Source: an uncultured Bacilli bacterium
Lineage (GTDB): Bacteria > Bacillota_I > Bacilli_A > RF39 > UBA660
Direction of reading: 5' to 3'
DNA: 64,000 nucleotides
NCBI GenBank assembly: GCA_934101225.1
Contig: CAKOQK010000001.1
Coordinates: forward strand, 978-64,977
Part shown: positions 36,952 to 47,103 of the stretch, piece after piece
Numbering within the stretch: the first letter of the stretch is position 1
Layout of the letters: each line of letters begins with the position of its first letter
The notes under the pieces: generated by a model
The model's database searches: none
Told to the model about the DNA's origin: nothing
What the model saw: only the letters and a program-made list of their open reading frames with translations
Program-made: the position numbers and the translations under genes

Positions 36952-37899
36952 TTAAAAGTTTGTATATCTAATATTTTTAACTAAAGGGTTTAATTTACGA
37001 TTTTTAATGTTTGCTGTCGTAGGAGTTACATCTTTTTCCATATTTTGATACCTATAGAATAATTCTTTAATAATTTTATCATCACAAGTTTTTATTAAAT
37101 CAAATATTTGTTTATCAGTTAAAACATACAATTCCTCATAATTAATTAAGTTTAAATCTATTAATCTTTTTACAATTATAGATAAAATATTCATTTCCTC
37201 ATAATCATCATTTTGTCTTGTTAAGTTATTTACAATATCATTAAGTTCAACTACTCTATCAGCAACATATACATCGTCAAACGCAAATTCTTCTTCACCA
37301 TTTTCATTTATAGTTGTTATTATATGAGGATATATTTTTCTAATTTCTTCGATTGTTAAATTCCTTGACCAAACAAGATTATTTAAAAATACAAAATCTA
37401 ATCTATCAGCACATAAACAAGGTCTAGGTAAATCGACAACACTTTTATCTTTAAAACTAGATATTTCTTTTATATTTACACCAATCCTTGTAAAATAGTT
37501 AAATAATTCAGGATCATAAGTTTTAACATATTTTTCTAAATTTAGTTCAGTACTTTCTTGATTTAAGTAATCACCATTTAAATAGTCAACTACGTGAGAT
37601 AACGCTGGCGTAGTAGCATCATGAAACAACGCAGCAAGTGTTAAAATATCATTATAAGTAAAATTCCAGACATGTAATGCACAAGAAATAGAATGATCTA
37701 ATCTTGATATATCATATTTAAAATTATATACATTTTTACTGGCATTAATAGCTCCACAAAAATAACTTACATCTTTTAATCTCATTAAAGTTTTACTTTC
37801 AATAAATGGGATTAAAAATTTAGGAAAATAAGGAGATATTATTTTAAAATATTCTTTAATTTCAGGATTTAAACTTTCATAGTATTCATTAAATTTCAT
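36952..37899 (-). CDS. HD-domain phosphohydrolase-like protein
   Basis: 315 aa with H...HD (HSISCALHVW...AALFHDATTPALSH). Confidence 0.6.
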   Translation of the reverse strand: MKFNEYYESLNPEIKEYFKIISPYFPKFLIPFIESKTLMRLKDVSYFCGAINASKNVYNFKYDISRLDHSISCALHVWNFTYNDILTLAALFHDATTPALSHVVDYLNGDYLNQESTELNLEKYVKTYDPELFNYFTRIGVNIKEISSFKDKSVVDLPRPCLCADRLDFVFLNNLVWSRNLTIEEIRKIYPHIITTINENGEEEFAFDDVYVADRVVELNDIVNNLTRQNDDYEEMNILSIIVKRLIDLNLINYEELYVLTDKQIFDLIKTCDDKIIKELFYRYQNMEKDVTPTTANIKNRKLNPLVKNIRYTNF

Positions 37900-37974
37900 C
37901 TAATCACCTTGGTATATATAATAAGTGATTAATAAATTTAAGTCAAACAAAAAAATTCAGCTTTAATCTGAATT

Positions 37975-39528
37975 TTAAAATGATATAATATATGGTTTTG
38001 TTTTTTCACCAGTTCCTCCAACTATTACAATATCAGATTTTAAGTATAGAGCTGGACGTACGCTACTGCTACTACTTGCTTTGACATTAGCCATCCACCC
38101 CTTATTAGTAAAATTAAATAAATACGTTTCACTATTATTGCGAGCAGACAAAATCCATTGATACGTACCATTAAATAACCAATTATTATTTTGACAGTTA
38201 TAAGCATTATTAGTTTGAGATGACATATTATTTCTACATAGAGAATCTGTTGATGCATATCCGTAATCACTTGGATACATTAAGGCAACTTTGCCCTCCC
38301 AAATGTTACTTCTTGATATCCCATCTGATGGGTTACTTATATGGTTAGTTCCTCGTTCCTCTTTATATGAATTTAATGAACTAGAGTCATTTGATGCACC
38401 ACCTAAATTCCATCTAGCTGTTGCAATATAATTTATATATTCCTTTTTGACATTTTTACTATAATAATAAGTTGCACCTTGAATATTATTCGTGTCATTA
38501 TACCATCTAACTGTTCCATTTGTAATATTTGATAAATAACCATTAGGTATATCCTCACGACAATATTTTGATGAAGACGTTCCATCACAATTTAATTCAT
38601 ACATTAAGTCTGCTTGACTCCATTCATTGATTCCATAACCATCATTTATATCTGATGATGAACTATCCCATGAATAGCTTCCTATACGTTCATCTCTTAT
38701 TAATTTTACTAATGATTCTTGTTTTTCATTTTCATTATCATCTATAGTTGTAATGTTATTAAATACGCCAACAATTCTCCATGTTTCGTTGTTAAATGTT
38801 ATATAGTTTCTAGGATTTGCTCCTACATATCTTATATTTTTATCTTCTGTGTTATCTATTTCTAATCCATTTTCGGAATAATTTAAGCTAGATATTGTTT
38901 GAACTATTGTTTTTGGCTCATAATTAACAACTATTTCACCAGTTAATATTTTTCCTTTTTCACTATCTTGACTTACTCCGGTATCCGGAAATTGTAGTTT
39001 TAAATTAAAGGTAATGGTTTGATTTGATGTATTTGCTTTAAACTCTCCTGTTGCAAGTTCTAGGTATCTATTACCTTTTTTAAGTGTTCCAGTAGTATAA
39101 CCAGTTTCAGTAGTATTTCCTGGTATTGTTTGATTAGCAGTTCCTACTAACGTGCTTGTTACATTTGTATTTGCACTCGTTCTTTTAATATAATAGTGTA
39201 TTTGTCCATCACTAAACTCAGATACATAATTTAGTCCTACTTTATATGGCATTGTTAGTCCACTGGTTGTATTTGTTCCTGTTAAAGTAAATGTCTTATT
39301 CACTAATATTGTATCACTTGGCTGTATATCTTTTGATACTAATAAATCACTTTTCCCATCAGCATAATTTATTACCATCTTACCACTTGTTGCTGATATT
39401 ATAGAAGTACTTCCTTTATTATTATTCGCACTAAAAAAAGCATATGTTATTCCTGAAAATATCACTAGGAGCATTATAATTGTTCCTATCATAACATATA
39501 CTTTTATTTGTTTTTCTTTATTATTCAT
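37975..39528 (-). CDS. Secreted protein, member 4 of the SipW/TasA-type paralog family, with an extra ~300 aa C-terminal domain
   Basis: 517 aa. N-terminus is KQIKVYVMIGTIIMLLVIFSGITYAFFSANN. Shared blocks are SGKMVINYADG and FTLTGTNTTSGLTMPYKVGL. The C-terminal domain has WRIVGVF...WNLGG...ALMYPSDYGYAS...VRPALYLKS. Confidence 0.6.
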   Translation of the reverse strand: MNNKEKQIKVYVMIGTIIMLLVIFSGITYAFFSANNNKGSTSIISATSGKMVINYADGKSDLLVSKDIQPSDTILVNKTFTLTGTNTTSGLTMPYKVGLNYVSEFSDGQIHYYIKRTSANTNVTSTLVGTANQTIPGNTTETGYTTGTLKKGNRYLELATGEFKANTSNQTITFNLKLQFPDTGVSQDSEKGKILTGEIVVNYEPKTIVQTISSLNYSENGLEIDNTEDKNIRYVGANPRNYITFNNETWRIVGVFNNITTIDDNENEKQESLVKLIRDERIGSYSWDSSSSDINDGYGINEWSQADLMYELNCDGTSSSKYCREDIPNGYLSNITNGTVRWYNDTNNIQGATYYYSKNVKKEYINYIATARWNLGGASNDSSSLNSYKEERGTNHISNPSDGISRSNIWEGKVALMYPSDYGYASTDSLCRNNMSSQTNNAYNCQNNNWLFNGTYQWILSARNNSETYLFNFTNKGWMANVKASSSSSVRPALYLKSDIVIVGGTGEKTKPYIISF

Positions 39529-39555
39529 ATAACTTCACCATATCCTTATAGTGAA

Positions 39556-39583
39556 ATTATAACCTGGTTTGCCCCCCCGTCAA
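39556..39583 (-). promoter_or_regulatory. Near-consensus sigma-A promoter with a G7 tract in the spacer
   Basis: On the minus strand: TTGACG (39583-39578), 16 nt spacer GGGGGGCAAACCAGGT, TATAAT (39561-39556). A GGTGAAG RBS and the ATG at 39528 follow. Confidence 0.55.
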
Positions 39584-39671
39584 GCGAACACAGGTTTGCT
39601 TTAAACTTTTTTTTGCTACACTTGACGGTTATAGGTACAATTAAAATAAAATTTTATTGGTTTTGAGATAT

Positions 39672-41597
39672 TTATCTCTTTGTTTCAATTATGTAGTCAT
39701 CTTCCAAAGAAAATTCAACATTTTCATTAATCCAGTCTTTTCTTGGCTCAACAACATCTCCCATTAGAACAGATACTCGTTTTTCTGCAAGTAAAGCATC
39801 ATTTATATTTACTTTAATTAAGTTTCTATTTTCAGGATCCATTGTAGTTGTCCAAAGTGGTTCGGGATTCATTTCACCTAAACCTTTATATCTTTGAACT
39901 TTATAGTTTTGTTTTCCTTTAGTTGCCTCTTTTAATTCTTCATTTGTCCAACAATAGACATGATTTTTACCATAATCTACTTTATATAGAGGTGGCATTG
40001 CAATATATAAGTGTCCTTCCTCAATAAGTGGTTTCATGAATCTATAGAAGAAAGTTAAAAGTAAACACTGAATATGAGCACCATCATCATCGGCATCGGT
40101 CATAATTATTACTTTATCATAATTAATATCTTTAACGTCAAAATCTTGTCCGTAACCAGCACCAATACAGTTTATCATAGTACTTATTTCTTCATTTTTA
40201 AATATTTCCGGACCACTTGTTTTTTCCGTATTAAGTATTTTTCCTCTTAATGGTAATATTGCTTGGAATTTACGATCTCTACTTTTTTTAGCAGTACCTC
40301 CGGCTGAATTTCCCTCTACAATAAATAATTCATTCTTCTTAGGATTTCTTGTTTGAGCTGGAGTAAGTTTTCCTGATAATCTTTGTGATTCACTCTTTTT
40401 AGTTTTGCCATTTCTAGCTTCTTCTCTAGCTTTACGAGCAGCTTCTCTAGCAACTTTACTTTTACTCATTTTTTCAATTATTTTTAAAGCGTTTTCTTTG
40501 TTCTCTTCTAAATAATATTTAATACTTTCATAAACAATTGATTCAACTACTGGTCTTGCTTCTGGAGTTCCTAGTTTTCCTTTAGTTTGTCCTTCAAATT
40601 GAAGCAGATTTTCTGGTATCTTTAAATTGATAACAGCTGTTAATCCTTCTCTAACATCGCTTCCTTCAAAATTAGCTGATTTAGCTTTTAATATACCATT
40701 TGATTTAGCATAATCATTAAAGGCTTTAGTAATACCAGTTTTAAAACCTACCTCATGAGTTCCACCATCACTTGTTTTAACATTATTAACAAATGAGATA
40801 ATATTTTCATTATAAGAATCAGTATATTGCATAGCGATATCTACTTCAATAGTGTTTTTAACACCATGAATAGGAATAACTTTATGTAATACTTCTTTAT
40901 CTTCATTAATATAATCAACAAATGAGATTAATCCATTATCATAATGGTATGTTACCCTTTTATCATCAGGAATATCTTCAATATCAATAGTTAGTTCTTT
41001 AAGTAAGAAAGCACTTTCTTGCATTCTCTCACAAATAGTTGTATAACTAAATGTTAAATTTTTAAAGATACTTTCCATTGGTTTAAATGTTACGATTGTT
41101 CCAGTTGCTTTTGTTGTACCAATTTTTTTTAAGGGGCTTGCTACTTCTCCACCATTTTTAAATTTAATTTGATTTATTTCACCATCTCTTAAAATAGTTA
41201 CTTCCATATAGTCAGACAAAGCATTAACAACAGATGCACCTACACCGTGTAAACCACCAGATACTTTATATCCATCAGTTTCAAATTTACCACCAGCATG
41301 TAAAATAGTATAAATAACTTCAGGAGTTGATTTTCCACTCGAATGCATACCAGTTGGTACACCTCTACCATTATCGGCAATAGTAATTGAGTTATCTTTA
41401 TTGATCTTAATACTTATTTTGTTACCATAACCATTTATTATTTCATCGATTGAGTTATCTACTATTTCCCATACTAAATGATGAAGACCCCTTTTATCAG
41501 TAGATCCTATATACATACCTGGTCTTTTTCGTACTGCTTCTAGTCCTTCTAATATTTTAATTGAATGTTCATCGTATTTATGAGCCATCATATTCAC
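39672..41597 (-). CDS. parE: Type IIA topoisomerase ATPase subunit (ParE-like; GyrB not excluded)
   Basis: 641 aa with LEGLEAVRKRPGMYIGST, VDNSIDE, EGNSAGGT and LPLRGKILNTEK. The C-terminal PRKDWINENVEF looks ParE-like. No A/C subunit gene is adjacent. Confidence 0.6.
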   Translation of the reverse strand: MNMMAHKYDEHSIKILEGLEAVRKRPGMYIGSTDKRGLHHLVWEIVDNSIDEIINGYGNKISIKINKDNSITIADNGRGVPTGMHSSGKSTPEVIYTILHAGGKFETDGYKVSGGLHGVGASVVNALSDYMEVTILRDGEINQIKFKNGGEVASPLKKIGTTKATGTIVTFKPMESIFKNLTFSYTTICERMQESAFLLKELTIDIEDIPDDKRVTYHYDNGLISFVDYINEDKEVLHKVIPIHGVKNTIEVDIAMQYTDSYNENIISFVNNVKTSDGGTHEVGFKTGITKAFNDYAKSNGILKAKSANFEGSDVREGLTAVINLKIPENLLQFEGQTKGKLGTPEARPVVESIVYESIKYYLEENKENALKIIEKMSKSKVAREAARKAREEARNGKTKKSESQRLSGKLTPAQTRNPKKNELFIVEGNSAGGTAKKSRDRKFQAILPLRGKILNTEKTSGPEIFKNEEISTMINCIGAGYGQDFDVKDINYDKVIIMTDADDDGAHIQCLLLTFFYRFMKPLIEEGHLYIAMPPLYKVDYGKNHVYCWTNEELKEATKGKQNYKVQRYKGLGEMNPEPLWTTTMDPENRNLIKVNINDALLAEKRVSVLMGDVVEPRKDWINENVEFSLEDDYIIETKR

Positions 41598-41702
41598 ATC
41601 CTTAACAAATAGAGTATAACAAACTACTTAAAAAAAAACAAATTTTAGTGTAAGATATTTGTCAATAATTAATAATATGATAAAATTAAACATGGTGATC
41701 GT

Positions 41703-44177
41703 ATGAAAAATTTTATAAAAAAGAATATAAATTATGTTTTAGCAGTTATATTACCAATAGTTATTATGCTTATAGTTTATATTTTTAATCATATTTATCC
41801 TTTTGGAGATAATATTGTTGCCACGGGAGATGGCTATAGTCAGTATCCAGGAATGCTTAATAATTTTTTAAATATTCTTAAAGGAAAAGAAAACTTGTTT
41901 TATTCTTTTAAAGGACTACTAGGATTTAATACTTATGCTACTTTAGTTTATTATACTTTTAATATAACTAATATATTTGGCTTATTATTTTCTAATGTTA
42001 TGCAATTTTATAACTTCATTGTTATATTTAAAATAATGCTTTGTAGTTTAACCATGTTTATATACTTAAACTATGTTAGAAAAAGAAAAATTAATTATTT
42101 ATTTAGTATTTGTTATGCTTTATCTACTTATAATCTTTTATATTATTTTAATTATATGTGGTTTGATAGTGTTATTATGTTTCCAATAGTAATGATGGGA
42201 ATTGAAAAGATATTTAAAGAAGATAATTATTTACTTTATGTTATTAGTTTATCACTTGCAATTATTTTTAATTTCTATATTGGATATATGATATGTATAT
42301 TTAGTGTTATATATTTTATTTATAAAAGCATTATTAAAGGATTTAATAAATCTAGAATATTTAAATATTTATTTTACTCTATTTTATCAGGACTAATTAG
42401 TGCGTTTGCGCTAATTCCAGTGGTATTAGAACTTTTAAATGGTAAGGCTGAATTAATCAGTGAATTTGCTAAAGATTATTTTAAATTTGATTTAGATGGA
42501 ATAAGTACTTTTTATAAACTTACTTTTGCTTCTTTTTCTAATGGTGATTTAGAATATGGTACTCCAAATGTTTATGTTAGTATGTTTATTTATATTAATG
42601 CATTATTATATTTCTTTAATTCAAGGATTAAATTAAAGGAAAGATTAGCATCACTTGGTATTTGTTTATTCTTTTTAATATCAGTTAGTTTTAATTTACT
42701 TGATTATTTTTGGCATATGATGTCAATGCCAATATTCTACCCTGTTAGATATTCATTTATATTCTCTTTCTTTTTAATTTATTTAGGTTTTAGAAATTTT
42801 ATTAGATATGATAAAAAAAATTGGAAATTTAATTTAGGGTTTTATACTTTATTCGTTATTATGATTCTTATCGGTTTTGTAACAAGTGGTAACTTAGATA
42901 TCGATGAAAGACAAAATTTAATGGCTAAATTAATATACTTAGGTATTTCTTTTGTATTTATGTTTTATTATATTTTTATGTTAAATCATAAAGAATTTAA
43001 AAAATATATAGTTTATGTTGTTATTATTGAACTTAGTTTTAATGCATTTTTAACTTTTAAAAATAATGGTAATGAGAATACTTATTCTAAATTTATTAAC
43101 AAATATAATTATGTTAATGAGAAAATAGATAGTATTGATGATAATAGTTTATTTAGAATTGGTTTTTATGACCAAACAATATTAAATAATGGATTGTTAC
43201 ATGGATACAATGAGGTTAGTTATTTTTCTTCAGTTAGAAACAATAAAGTTTTTAAATATGTTAATGATGTACTTGGCGTTACTGTAACTGATGGCTGCAG
43301 TGGTAAATATTATTATAATGATCCTATTGTTAATAGTTTATTAGGTATTAAATATATAATTAGTAATCAAGATGTAGATTATTATAAAGAATATAAAGAT
43401 AATATTTATATAAATGAAGATGCTACTTCTTTTGGATTTTTAACTACTAATAAAATTTTAGAACTGGATTATAATGATGATTTTGTATCAAATATGAATA
43501 ATTTAGTTAAGACTATAAATAATAATGATAAAAATATAATAAAAGAAATAGAAACAAATAATAAAACTATTAATTGTAGTATAGAACAAAATTACTGTAT
43601 TTTTAATGGTACTAATAATTATGTATTTTATGATTATACAGCTAAAGAAGATGAATTTGTCTTTTTAAATAATGATAATTATTCAAAGAATGAATATGAT
43701 TTTTATTTAAATGATGAAAAAACTAACATTAATAATAGAGGATTTTTATTACTTAATAAGGGAGATAATATTAAATTTAAGATAACAGTTGATAAAAAAA
43801 GTTATGATTATAATATTCATTTATATTCTATAAATTATGAGGTATATAAGAAATTTGTTAGAAATATTAATAACAATAAGATGGTTATTAATAATTATCA
43901 TGGAGATAATTATTTTACGGCTAAAGTTAATGTTAAGGAGGATACTTTACTATATACATCAATAGCAAACGACAAGGGATGGAAAATATATGTTGATGGA
44001 ACTTTAACTACTCCTACAAGCATATATGATGCAGTTATTGGACTTAATTTAACAGAAGGAGAACATTTAATTGAATTTAAATACTCTACTCCAGGACTCG
44101 TGGAAGGCATAGTTATATCTAGTGCAAGTATTTTTACTGGATTAATAATATTAATTATAAAAAAAAGAAAAAAATAA
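41703..44177 (+). CDS. YfhO-family polytopic membrane protein (glycosylation-related)
   Basis: 824 aa: about 14 TM helices, a large extracytoplasmic C-terminal domain and a final TM. N-terminal pattern is YPFGDNIVATGDGYSQYPG. Confidence 0.7.
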   Translation: MKNFIKKNINYVLAVILPIVIMLIVYIFNHIYPFGDNIVATGDGYSQYPGMLNNFLNILKGKENLFYSFKGLLGFNTYATLVYYTFNITNIFGLLFSNVMQFYNFIVIFKIMLCSLTMFIYLNYVRKRKINYLFSICYALSTYNLLYYFNYMWFDSVIMFPIVMMGIEKIFKEDNYLLYVISLSLAIIFNFYIGYMICIFSVIYFIYKSIIKGFNKSRIFKYLFYSILSGLISAFALIPVVLELLNGKAELISEFAKDYFKFDLDGISTFYKLTFASFSNGDLEYGTPNVYVSMFIYINALLYFFNSRIKLKERLASLGICLFFLISVSFNLLDYFWHMMSMPIFYPVRYSFIFSFFLIYLGFRNFIRYDKKNWKFNLGFYTLFVIMILIGFVTSGNLDIDERQNLMAKLIYLGISFVFMFYYIFMLNHKEFKKYIVYVVIIELSFNAFLTFKNNGNENTYSKFINKYNYVNEKIDSIDDNSLFRIGFYDQTILNNGLLHGYNEVSYFSSVRNNKVFKYVNDVLGVTVTDGCSGKYYYNDPIVNSLLGIKYIISNQDVDYYKEYKDNIYINEDATSFGFLTTNKILELDYNDDFVSNMNNLVKTINNNDKNIIKEIETNNKTINCSIEQNYCIFNGTNNYVFYDYTAKEDEFVFLNNDNYSKNEYDFYLNDEKTNINNRGFLLLNKGDNIKFKITVDKKSYDYNIHLYSINYEVYKKFVRNINNNKMVINNYHGDNYFTAKVNVKEDTLLYTSIANDKGWKIYVDGTLTTPTSIYDAVIGLNLTEGEHLIEFKYSTPGLVEGIVISSASIFTGLIILIIKKRKK

Positions 44178-44184
44178 ATACCGA

Positions 44185-44436
44185 TTAAAATGAATCGATA
44201 TTTATTTTTATTTTATTTAAAGAATGAATATAGCCATATGCACTTATTAAAGTTCTAATTGAAGATGCCATTTTGCCACCCTTACCAATTATTGCTCCCA
44301 TATCACTTTCATGAACAATTATTTCTAACATTATTGATTCATCATCACCTAGAAATTCTTGAACACTTACCATATCTGGTTCTTTAACTAAATTTTTTAC
44401 TAAACTACTAGTAAAATTAATTAAATCTTGATGCAT
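44185..44436 (-). CDS. KH-domain RNA-binding protein (YlqC-like)
   Basis: 83 aa with the GAIIGKGGKMASSIR GXXG loop, directly downstream of rpsP. Confidence 0.8.
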   Translation of the reverse strand: MHQDLINFTSSLVKNLVKEPDMVSVQEFLGDDESIMLEIIVHESDMGAIIGKGGKMASSIRTLISAYGYIHSLNKIKINIDSF

Positions 44437-44438
44437 AA

Positions 44439-44708
44439 TTATTTCTCACTTTTATTTTTGTATTTAGACCAAACGCCTGATTTAACTAAAATATTTTTTA
44501 CAGTATCAGTTGGTTCAGCACCATTATTTAACCATTTAAGAGCTTTTTCTTCATCAACATTAAAGTTATTTTCTTTATAAATTGGTTGATATGTTCCAAC
44601 TACTTCAATGAACTTACCATCTCTTGGACTTCTTGAATCAGCAGCTACAATACGATAGAAAGGTCTTTGTTTAGCTCCCATTCTTTTTAATCTTAATTTA
44701 ACAGCCAT
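44439..44708 (-). CDS. rpsP: 30S ribosomal protein S16
   Basis: [35 protein letters not shown]... Confidence 0.92.
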   Translation of the reverse strand: MAVKLRLKRMGAKQRPFYRIVAADSRSPRDGKFIEVVGTYQPIYKENNFNVDEEKALKWLNNGAEPTDTVKNILVKSGVWSKYKNKSEK

Positions 44709-44738
44709 ATTATATGCCTCCTTTTCTTTACTAAAGTT

Positions 44739-44767
44739 ATAATAGCATTAATTTTATGTAGTGTCAA
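44739..44767 (-). promoter_or_regulatory. Putative sigma-A promoter of rpsP
   Basis: On the minus strand: TTGACA (44767-44762), 17 nt spacer, TATTAT (44744-44739). AAAGGAGG RBS. Confidence 0.5.
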
Positions 44768-44831
44768 CTATTTTTGGTTGACAGTTGAATTATATTAATT
44801 TATTATGGTATTATTTTGATGGGTGAAGAAT

Positions 44832-45656
44832 ATGAGCGATGAATTTGTTAATACTTATTTAGATGATAAATATTTTTATGGCAAAGAAAAAAGTGAAGAT
44901 TTAATTAAACAAATGATGATGGCATATTCATATTATAAAGATAAAGAAAATGAGAAAAAAATCAAGTATTTAGAACTTGATTTATTATATGATGAATTTG
45001 TAAGTAAAACTGCTGATTTATTAAATCTATTAAATAAAGATGAAAACTTTTTTTTATATCCTTTGTTATTATCTAATTTAATTGAATTAGGAATAACTGG
45101 TGAATATATGGAAGAATTTAATGTCATTAACTCTGTTGATTTAAATTATTATTTTGGTATAAATGTAGCAATGGGACAAGGAGTTTGTCGTAATGTGAAT
45201 AGTTTTGCAAATGATGTATTTAAAAAATTAGGATTAAAATCAGAAACGTTATTAGTTTCCTTAAATAGTGTTTCTATTAAACCTAATCATTTAATTACGT
45301 TGATTAAATATAATGACAATTATTTTGGAATTGATGTTTATAATAACATGATTTTTACTTTTAGTAATTATAATTATTTAGAATGTGTTTATAATTTAGA
45401 AATGGGAAAATCAAGGGTTCCCATTTTCCAATATTATGCTTATATGGGCTTAAATGAAAAACAAGTTGATAAACTACTTGGTAAATTAAGTACACCTGCT
45501 CCAATTGATTTTGATTATATTTGTACTTTGCAAAAAGATGCAAACGACATTATTGATTTTCATAATAGTGAAACATATGATTATTATCAAGATACTAAGG
45601 AACTTAAAACTAAGATTAAAAATATTTTTAAAAAAATAGAAAAGAAGAAACGTTAA
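44832..45656 (+). CDS. Hypothetical protein (possible papain/transglutaminase-like Cys-His fold)
   Basis: ATG at 44832 follows GGGTGAAG. GQGVCRNVNSFANDV...PNHLITLIKYNDNYFGIDVYN suggests a Cys...His...Asp arrangement. Weak assignment. Confidence 0.4.
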   Translation: MSDEFVNTYLDDKYFYGKEKSEDLIKQMMMAYSYYKDKENEKKIKYLELDLLYDEFVSKTADLLNLLNKDENFFLYPLLLSNLIELGITGEYMEEFNVINSVDLNYYFGINVAMGQGVCRNVNSFANDVFKKLGLKSETLLVSLNSVSIKPNHLITLIKYNDNYFGIDVYNNMIFTFSNYNYLECVYNLEMGKSRVPIFQYYAYMGLNEKQVDKLLGKLSTPAPIDFDYICTLQKDANDIIDFHNSETYDYYQDTKELKTKIKNIFKKIEKKKR

Positions 45657-47047
45657 ATTTCTTCTTTTATTGTGGATGACAAATTTTTATGTTTAGTATG
45701 TAAATATTTAAGAGCTTCCACACTTCCTGGTTTATCTAAATATGTATTATATAAATCATCAATCAAATCATTTTTATAAGGATATTTTTCTATTTCGTTA
45801 TGTTTTTCATTTAAACTTTTAGCTCGTTTTTGTTTAATTAATTCGCGGTCCTTAATAGGCATTAAAATTTGTCCACCGCCTGATATACATCCTCCATCAC
45901 AGTTCATTACTTCAACAAAGTCATACTGAATATTATCTCGTAATAATTTTTCAAAGTTGGACATCGTGCTTAATATAATGCATCTTATCATTCTAGAATT
46001 AATTTTTAATTTTAATATTTTATAGTATTCTTTTTCTTCAATAGAATAATCGGATTCTTTTAAATCTTTATTAGTTAATTCATAATATAGGCACTTAATA
46101 ACCGATTTAGCAACTCCTCCTCCAGCACCATACATTGTTCCAGAAAAAGATCCTTTAACTTTATCAAATTCTAAATCTTGTAAATTATTAAAATTAATTC
46201 CATTTTCTCTTATCATCAAGGCAAGTTCACTTGTTGTAATTACAAAGTCAGTATCAGTATTTAATATTTCTCTTTTTTTACTAGTACACGGAGTAATTGC
46301 AACAATTATAATTTTTTTATCATTATCATACTCATTTGGAGCAAATAATTTCTTAATAACTGTGCTTGCCATTCCTATTGGGCTTTTACAAGTAGATAAA
46401 TTGCTTATTAATTCTGGATGAACTATTTTACAATATTTTACCCAACTGGGGCAACAGCTAGAATACATTGGTAAATTATTTTTTTCTAATCTAATCTTTA
46501 ACTCATGTGCTTCTTCTACTGATGTTATATCAGCACCAAATGTCACATCAAAAACATAATCAAATCCTAGTTCTTTTAATGCAGAAACCATTTTTCCTTC
46601 TAGAAATTCTCCTGGTTCTTTAGAAAAGGCATCTCCAATACTTACTCTGGTTGCAGGAGCAGTTAACGCTATAACCGTGTATTTTGAATCATTTATATAA
46701 TCTTTAACTTCTTGATAATCATACTTAGGAATTAACGCTGAAGTTGGACAAGTAAGTACACAATTACCGCATTCTAAACACATATTTTTTATTTCATTAG
46801 TTTCTTTATTAACTAAACCATTTGTTACTTTTTCACAGGTTCTTAAACATACACCACAATTAATACATTTTTCGTCTATTCTTCTAAGACCAACATTTTC
46901 TTTTGATATTGTAACTCTTTTATAAACTTTATTTTCAAATTTAATAGGAATTAAATGATCATAACCTGATAAACATAAAGGACAATGATAGCCATCTGGA
47001 AGCATTCCTTCATGTTTGAAACCACATCTATCACATTCATATATCAT
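45653..47047 (-). CDS. [FeFe]-hydrogenase catalytic subunit with N-terminal Cys4 zinc-ribbon/rubredoxin-like module and two [4Fe-4S] ferredoxin motifs
   Basis: 464 aa. N-terminal CDRC...CPLC, then CINCGVCLRTC and CLECGNCVLTCP. H-cluster motifs are SSCCPSWV, TPCTSKK and MNCDGGCISGGGQ. Confidence 0.8.
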   Translation of the reverse strand: MIYECDRCGFKHEGMLPDGYHCPLCLSGYDHLIPIKFENKVYKRVTISKENVGLRRIDEKCINCGVCLRTCEKVTNGLVNKETNEIKNMCLECGNCVLTCPTSALIPKYDYQEVKDYINDSKYTVIALTAPATRVSIGDAFSKEPGEFLEGKMVSALKELGFDYVFDVTFGADITSVEEAHELKIRLEKNNLPMYSSCCPSWVKYCKIVHPELISNLSTCKSPIGMASTVIKKLFAPNEYDNDKKIIIVAITPCTSKKREILNTDTDFVITTSELALMIRENGINFNNLQDLEFDKVKGSFSGTMYGAGGGVAKSVIKCLYYELTNKDLKESDYSIEEKEYYKILKLKINSRMIRCIILSTMSNFEKLLRDNIQYDFVEVMNCDGGCISGGGQILMPIKDRELIKQKRAKSLNEKHNEIEKYPYKNDLIDDLYNTYLDKPGSVEALKYLHTKHKNLSSTIKEEI

Positions 47048-47103
47048 TACTTCTTCACCTATTTTAATTGTACCAACTTAGCTATTAAAATACAATTAAC
47101 AAT

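Noticed and set aside
39561-39628. GC-rich island that can be drawn as an H-type pseudoknot (aacctg/caggtt interleaved with ccgtcaag/cttgacgg), so possibly a small riboswitch.
   Set aside because: The same bases form a near-consensus TTGACG-16-TATAAT promoter only about 30 nt from the start codon. Most of the putative structure would therefore lie upstream of the transcription start. I matched no known riboswitch consensus. The inverted repeat is kept as part of the promoter finding.
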